Assembly (NCBI GenBank): GCA_963924565.1
Contig: OZ004609.1
Span: 31,000,001-31,064,000, forward strand
DNA from: Ascidiella aspersa
Lineage: Eukaryota
Length of the DNA: 64,000 nt
Direction: 5' to 3'
A model generated the notes under the pieces. The model ran no database searches. It was not told the origin of the DNA and saw only the letters and a program-made list of their open reading frames with translations. Below are positions 56,594-64,000 of this stretch, piece after piece. Position 1 is the stretch's first letter. Each line of letters opens with the position of its first letter. The position numbers and the translations under genes were made by a program.

Positions 56594-58125
56594 ACTGGTC
56601 GCTTTCTTATATTAAATTTATCAAAATCAGAGCAGGAAAAGGGAAACAAACAAGTTCGTTGTAATTTTACTTTGTTGCATATAAGTCTGGTCCTAAAATT
56701 TTTAAAACCCCTACAAAGTTTAGTTACAAAAATTATTGCACACAATATTTTATTGTTTGTTGTGTATGTTTTTGCCTTATTTTTCACTATTGCGTTGTCA
56801 ATCACTTTCTGCTCTTCACCTGTTTATACCTTATCTCATTACGTTTGCTGTTGACACCTTCTTTTAAAGTATTTTAGTCCTCACACTTTTTTCTCCTCGA
56901 CCGTAGTTTGGTGAAACATGTAAGATGAAGGTGGTCAGGTTGGAGTAGACTGGAATCGTGATCAAATTATACAACTTCTATACGTTCACATCCGTTTTTA
57001 GTCGCTGGCCGCTTTTATATTATTTCACGCTTTTATTGTTTTGTTTCAATGCTATCTTTTCATTACTTTTTTTTAATTTGTAAAGTATAGATCTATCGTA
57101 TTAGTATTGCGGTAAATATTTTTCTCTAAATAGTTTAACATGTATATTATTTTGCCGAAATAATTTTGTGCTTACCTTGTGTGTTGTATTACTACAGTTT
57201 TGCGGGCATTGTAAATTCAAGCGGACTGTACCGTGTCGTTTGGTTCGCAAAATAAAATCAGAGATCAGATAAACTTAAGCTGGGTGTGATTTTCTGGTCG
57301 CATTGCTAGGTCAGACGAGTCTCAATAAATCTTAGCAAATTAAAGAAGTCCTGCTTTATGCTACTCCAACTGTGAAATTATGTTTTTGATTAGTGCGACA
57401 TTTGCATATCCAAATTTAGTTCAAAATACAAGTTTTAAAGATGTAGCCCCCAAAATGTCGAACCTCCCCCTTAAGCAGTTGTTCTTTTGAACGGTCACAT
57501 TAGGGACTTACGAACTTTTTCCCCAGTGCTTACTGGTAACTGTAGTGGCCTTTGCTATGGATCGCCTTTGTCATGCAGACAATATGAGAAACAAAAACTC
57601 AACCAGCCACACGGAAAACAAATAGAAACGTTAAACTTCTTAACTACATGCATCGTTGACCATAGCTAAAGGACGAATTGAAAATAAACTGTAAATTTAT
57701 CAAAGACAATAAAAAATGCAAATTCGCACTAGCTGACCTGTTCCAGGTTCTTACGCAAACCCTAAAACGATCAAGAACAAATAATGTTAAACAAAAACTT
57801 TTAGCTGAAAAGTATCTTAGTTCTTGCGCTTAGCGTTAACAAATCGAATAAAGCAATAAAGTTGTCGCCCTACCCCATTTGCTTTCGCATTCGAAGCATG
57901 TTTTACGCAGAAAAACAACAATAGTTTTATTGAATTTATTTTCCACTCAGTTTCTGTGACTTTACAAAATTTGCCCACCGTCAACAATATTCCAGGTTCG
58001 ACATTTAACATTTTTTAAACATATTAAACTAATTTAAGAATATGTATGGCCCACTTAAAAAACGTCAACACAACCACTATACTGTAAACACAAATTGTGT
58101 GAAATTTTTAAATTCATGATATAAG

Positions 58126-59610
58126 CAGGGCCGGATTAAGGTTTTCATGGGCCTGGGGCTGTATGGTAGTCAGAGGCCTATCGGTCAATTTCCATTTTGT
58201 TCATTGCTTCAACCACAATTCATAGGCGTAGCCAGGGGGGCGCAGGGGCCATGTCCCCCCTAAATCTATAAATATTTTATTCCTAATAATTTGTTTTTTC
58301 TATATATTAATGCAGTTTTACTACTTTTAGTCAGTTTTTGCTCTTTGAATGGTTTGTGAGTATTGCGTTAACACTAAGTCCGCTACTGCTCGAAACGGTT
58401 TGCTAGAATTGTTATTTGTGTTCGTTACGGCAGTTAATACACTGGTAAAAGCTAAACAAATAAGTTCAAACTTTTTGGCGCCCCGAAAAAATTTTTCGGC
58501 TGGCTACGCCACTACCACAATTACCTTAAAATAACATTGCTTTATTCACTTATCAAACAGATCCAATTAACGCGTTTTTCCAGCTGTTTATAAAGTAATC
58601 GCTGTATATTTCTCCCAAATCTCGTTTTTTATACAAAAGTAGAGCTAAGGAATGCAACCTACTTAGACTAACGCATTTAATTCTTTGCTGTTTTAAGGAC
58701 TGAAAATAGGCGTTTGCCTGAACAGTTAGTAATCATCAGACACAGATACATTCTTAAAACAACAGATAGCTCATTTTCATTAATAAATCTAAACGTTTTA
58801 GCTTCTTTGCTACTTTTGACGTTAAAATGGTGGTATTTTAGCGCTGCAAAAAATGAATCATCTCTTCAGGTTTTGATTTTCCAGTTCATCTGGGTGATAC
58901 TAAAGCAAGGTTTCAACGCTTTCTCTAATGGTTTAGACGTGGTATCTAAAATCAGTCAACTTTAATACTACATCACATTCTTAAATGTTTTTTGTAATTT
59001 CTTTGAACGTATAGGCTACCAATGATTGCTATACCTTTTGCTGGCACAGCATCGCAATTATTATTCGAAACATTCACGAAATTTAGATATTGTGACAATC
59101 TGGCTGAGCAAATGTACTATCTTTAAACAAGTTAATGTAGCTCGTTGTGATTTGTTTGAGCATATAGTCTTCTCATAGTAGCTTCATTTTGTAAAGTAAC
59201 AAACACGCACTGACGTCAAAAGCTAGTCGTCTTATGAAAGCCTCAAAATAAATATGATGGATATTTCTTTAAACCAGGGGTCGGCAACCTAGGGCCCGCG
59301 GACCGCATCTTGCCCGACCATGAAAATCATCCGGTCCGCGACCTGCTTTTACAAGCTGGACACAAGGTCATCCAAATTTGAACTAACTATGTTTAACATA
59401 ATTAAAAGCCACACGCTTTATAAAATTGTTTTATTACGGCCTTACTGAGTTTGCTGCCTGGCACCAGTGGCGATATCACTAGATTTTAGCTTTACAGTTA
59501 TTTTACAAAGATAACGTCGGTTGGTCCTATTAAATTGTTAGTGATGGGCCTATTTTTTGTGGTGGGCCTGGGGCTGCAGCCCCCTCAGCCCCCGCCTTAA
59601 TCCGCCCCTG
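58126..59610 (-). mobile_element. Decayed hAT transposon with a transposase C-terminal remnant and nested MITEs
   Basis: TIRs cagggccggattaagg / ccttaatccgcccctg; TSD gatataag / aatataag; empty paralogous site at ~49737. Minus strand ~58775-58630 reads ELSVVLRMYLCLMITNCSGKRLFSVLKTAKN*...RLHSLALL, resembling the hAT dimerisation domain. Confidence 0.8.
58221..58514. mobile_element. hAT MITE (CATAGGCGTAGCCAG family) nested in the larger hAT
   Basis: TIRs cataggcgtagccag / ctggctacgccacta with a perfect TSD ccacaatt. Confidence 0.88.
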
Positions 59611-60642
59611 AATATAAGGCGTTATATTTTACGATTGATCTGCTCAGTAAACACTAGATGATAAAATAAATATTTAATATAGCTGTTTTTATCAGTTTAA
59701 ACTAAATCAAAACGTTAAAAACATAAATTCATTTTTGTTCACTATATAGTGTTTTTTATTCATAAGCCAAAGTACGAAACCTAAAAGTCGTCTATAAAGA
59801 AAGTAATTTCTTTGGTCAATAACAACAGGGTCAATAATAAATAATTTTATATATTATATATATTCTATTTCAGGTCATAGTTTTCATAATTTTAGTAATC
59901 TAGGTAAATCATAGCATACAACTAAACTGAGATGTAAAATGAATTATTTATTACCTTACTAACAGCTGTAATGTTTTTATGCAGCTCAACTTAAAAATAC
60001 CAAACACGCAACATAAACCAAGCAAATTATTTTATGTGCAAAAATTACCATGAATACCCAAATCATATAAAAAATCTAATAAAACACGTTTCACCAAGTC
60101 ATTTGTCCAAAATACTTAAGTCGAGTCAAGTCATTTGAAAATCTTGACTTAAAGTCATGATAGAATTAAAACAGAACAATAAAAGCGTAAAATAATAAAA
60201 GAGGCCAGCGACTAAAAACAGATGTAAACGTAGATGTTGTATAATTTGGTCACGGAGCTAGTCTTCTCCAACCTGACTACCTACATCTTACTTGTTTGAA
60301 CAAACTGCAGTCGAGGAGAAAAAAATGTGAGGACTAAAATAATTGAAAAGGTGTCAACAGCAAACGTAATAAGACAAGTATAAACAGGTGAAACGTGAAG
60401 TGCAGAAATGAAGAAGCAAGAAAAGTTAAATGATTGACAACGCAATAGTTAAAATAAGGCGAAAATAACAAACAGCAAACGATAGAAATATTCTGTGCAA
60501 GAGCTTTTATAACTGAACTTTGCAGGGGTTTGAAAAATTTAAGGACCAGAAGTATATGCAACAAAGTAATATTACAACGAACTTGTTTGTTTATCATTTC
60601 CTGATCTGGTTTTAACAAATTTAATATCAGAAAGTGGCCAGT

Positions 60643-62101
60643 CTATAGGTTAAAACTCGTTGTATTCGCAACCGTGTCTTTTAGTTGATGTCCAGCATGT
60701 TTATTTTTCGTGTTTGGGACCTCAACCGTCTTGATAACATTCGTTGCCATGGCACCAAAGGTTGTCTGGTGTTTCCATGGAAACAATCGCTCAGTCCAAT
60801 CACGAAATGTGCATACTATTGCTATTGTGTTGACGATCATGTCCAAATTAAGGAGAAGCCAGAAGAGACGGAGCTGTTGAACGGAAGAACCGTACAGCGC
60901 TGAACCAAGGCTCAGTATGACGTCAGATATGAGTCACACGCTCGTGCAGACGCAGAGACGCGTAACAACGTTCTGCGCAAATAAAAATATACTAATTATT
61001 TGTTTCATGCAGGATCAAATTTTTACGGTATGCTTGCCAAAATGTAGAACCTATAGGCAGTTGGTTTCATTGAAACTGGAAATCACTGAAACGATTAAAA
61101 TTGTGAATGTAAAACCACATATAATATCAAAATAGTGCAAAATGTTTTATAAACCCATAAAGCTTCTTCCACTGTTACATTTCTGAAAGAAATGAACGCT
61201 GTAGTTCTCCTTTGGAAAAGGTTCAAGTCAAGTCACCACTGGATGTAACACAATACGCCACAGTTCAAAACATTATTCGCCGGATAAGATCGAATTCAGT
61301 TTAAACATTCCAAAGGGCTTAATTTAAACCCTGAATTGATTTACACTACCGAAATAGAAATTTTTCGTAAGATATCATTTTTTACCTGTATTTTGCTGCT
61401 ACGGTCTTTAATGGTTCCTTTACTGCAACAACAGCTCTTAGCGATCCCGTAATGACGGAAGAGTGGATAAAGCATAAGGCCCAGAAGAGAGCATTGAGGA
61501 GCCACCACTAAACCGACAAAAGAAGACACGCTGATCGCGTAGAGTTGAACTCTGTGCGTCGTGTCGTACATGCACCCAAACGGTGACGTCATAAGTTTGA
61601 TTATCACAAACAAGAGTGACGTAAGGGCAACCATGGCAACGATAAGCCCAACCAAGACGGCGACATTGAGAAATCGGTAACAAGGCGTTAGGAGGTACCG
61701 AAGAACAGCAGTTTTGTAAAGGTTTCTTTGTCTAGTCCACAACATGCAGTACACCGCAAGCAAGTTCAGGTTGTTTAGGGTAAAATACAGGCACTTGAAT
61801 GTTTGACAGACAGCGTCGCTCTGTGTCCCAAGACTCAGCTCAATTTTTAAGGAAGCACATCTCAGCAGCGAAAACAACGCCACCAGAATGCACATAGGGT
61901 TTTTGCCGAAACACGAAGTCCATTGTTTCCATTTTTTAGTGCCACCTGCTTACCCAGGTTCTTTCCGCGTTTTACCTCAAACATTCCTAGAACCACAACG
62001 AGATAAAATGATGCAGCGGTCAGTACGGCCCAGGCCGCTTGCTCGAGAGACTTTCGCCATGGTTCTGTTGAATTCAACGTTTCTAACTGGCTGTTGTTCA
62101 T
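60643..62101 (-). pseudogene. 7TM receptor copy G: full length and inverted, with a frameshift and a nonsense codon (exons 62101-61386, 60972-60643)
   Basis: 1-nt deletion at ~61940 relative to C (gtggc-actaaa vs gtggtaactaaa) and TGC>TGA at 60936-60934; splice sites intact. Confidence 0.85.
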
Positions 62102-63025
62102 TTTTTACACAGATTTTAACTTTTAGGCAAAGATGCAACATTCCTAAATATACTAGATTTAATCGAGCGAGGCGATGTATTTTGTAAACCCTGGGTAAAG
62201 CATTGCTTCTTATCTTAAAATCCTAGATTATTGACCTTCTCGCATTTTCGAAACCGATAGCCTATATGCGTTGAAGGGAAATTTCTGAAACTAAAATTAT
62301 CGCGTTAAGCGTGCCTGTAAAAGCAAGTAACAAGTGACCTTAAGAGAAGAACTGTATTATTAGGGCTGTTACTTTTGTTCTAAAAAAGAACCATAAAAAT
62401 ATTTTTCCTTAGTATTTAGGACTTAATTATTTAACAAATATATTAATTTAAACCAGGATGTGACCAATTACCGCCGATGAGCTAAATTCGTTCCGTCGGT
62501 TTAACTCTTTCAGGTGCGCAGCATAATTCCTAAAATAAGATTTATAGTTTGTTAACAGGAATGTTTATCTGGGGCAAAACTTAGCTATATTTTGTTAAAA
62601 AAACATTACTACCAAAAATGCTTTTGCGCTTTACGCAAATCTTATCGGCTTTCTGGGTTGTTTGTGCGAATCGTGTAAGCTAACGGGCGCCACACATACC
62701 ATACCATGGAACTCTCAACAATAAAATTATTTACCAACGTTATTTATAGCGATGCATTTTATCGTGCTTTGCGTGAATACTTTATGGGTTGACGTACTAT
62801 CGAGAACTGCGACATAACATCGAGATTATATATCGCCCCTTTTTAAATTATAAAAAATTAACATTTAAATTTAAGGAACTAAGTTACAGTCTTTTATTGT
62901 GACCATGGATCCTCGTGCACACAAACTGTTTTAAACATGCAATTTATGCGGATAATATCGTTTATGCAATTATTTACTTAAAGGCCATTAAATTACCTCT
63001 CCAAAGTAAACCCAGGATTTTAACA

Positions 63026-63292
63026 NNNNNNNNNNNNNNNNNNNNNNNNNNNNNNNNNNNNNNNNNNNNNNNNNNNNNNNNNNNNNNNNNNNNNNNNNNN
63101 NNNNNNNNNNNNNNNNNNNNNNNNNNNNNNNNNNNNNNNNNNNNNNNNNNNNNNNNNNNNNNNNNNNNNNNNNNNNNNNNNNNNNNNNNNNNNNNNNNNN
63201 NNNNNNNNNNNNNNNNNNNNNNNNNNNNNNNNNNNNNNNNNNNNNNNNNNNNNNNNNNNNNNNNNNNNNNNNNNNNNNNNNNNNNNNNNNNN
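63026..63292. other. Assembly gap (N run) within the duplicated region
   Basis: Run of n characters. Confidence 0.99.
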
Positions 63293-64000
63293 TAGTTAGC
63301 TCTGAACACAATATTACAGTCACTTCCCCGTATTGTGTATGTATCTTTTGAAAACGCACTCATAATTTCTTGCGCCCCTAAACACCTGCAACACAAAGCG
63401 AAAAATATGCTAAGCAGGCGTATGCACATAAATCAGGCTCTCTTGCGTTTCCTTAGTATGTATCACCTCACGTTTAGCACTAGAACTTTTACACCAATGT
63501 CTCGCAGCTAGGTCAGACTCAATACCAGGGAAAGCTGAATCACCTATAGTCGTTAATCCTGCGTTATCTTACATCAGTCAAAATGTGGTATTGCGGTAGT
63601 CGCAATCAATTTATCAAACTGCACAGCATTAAACGCTGTTGCAACCTAAAAACAATTTTTTTCGCTTGCTGTGGTTTTTGTTTCGATTCGAGCATTTCGT
63701 TGCATCTAGCATTATTTGGATTAGTTCTCAACGGTGTTGTAATAACTTCAGTTAATGACTTGACTTAACTGCGCGTAAGCCATTATTTATAAATCCCTTA
63801 ACTTGACTTAAGTCTTTTGGGCAAAATGACTTGACTTGATTTAAGTTTGTTAGACAAATGACTTGGATGAAATGAAGTGTTTTTATTAAGCTTTTCTTTT
63901 ATAAAATTTGGTTAGCGGTATTTATCCCAATTTTTTCACATAAAAAAAGAATTAGCATCAAATAATTAGGGTTGCGTTTTTAGTATTTTTAAGTTGAGGT

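Noticed and set aside
60934-60936. TGA at a Cys codon in copy G as selenocysteine or readthrough
   Set aside because: The same gene has an upstream frameshift and no SECIS is evident; simple pseudogenisation is more likely.
62915-63429. ORFs spanning N runs (also 6499-6726)
   Set aside because: Artefacts of assembly gaps.

Overview
AT-rich, intron-rich eukaryotic DNA with canonical GT-AG introns. It is most consistent with an ascidian tunicate, inferred from the receptor family, repeat types and CpG mosaic but not proven. Left to right: (1) the last three exons of a single-pass membrane protein (+); (2) a 346-bp repeat array that flips orientation next to an N-gap; (3) a complete ~21-exon FER/FES tyrosine kinase gene (-, 9805-27069) with two in-frame micro-exons and a phase-compatible partial duplicate of the catalytic exon; (4) a glycyl-tRNA synthetase with an intronless CDS (-, 30566-32743), two in-frame starts and a uORF overlapping the first; (5) from ~38 kb to the end, a tandem/inverted cluster of divergent two-exon 7TM receptors (3 intact, 4 pseudogenes or fragments). 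The receptors lack DRY/NPxxY and are most variable in the predicted ligand-pocket segments, which makes them a candidate lineage-specific chemosensory receptor family under birth-and-death evolution. Many hAT-type MITEs with 8-bp target-site duplications (TSDs) are interspersed. Exon structures were traced by hand from splice sites and reading frame; no searches were run.
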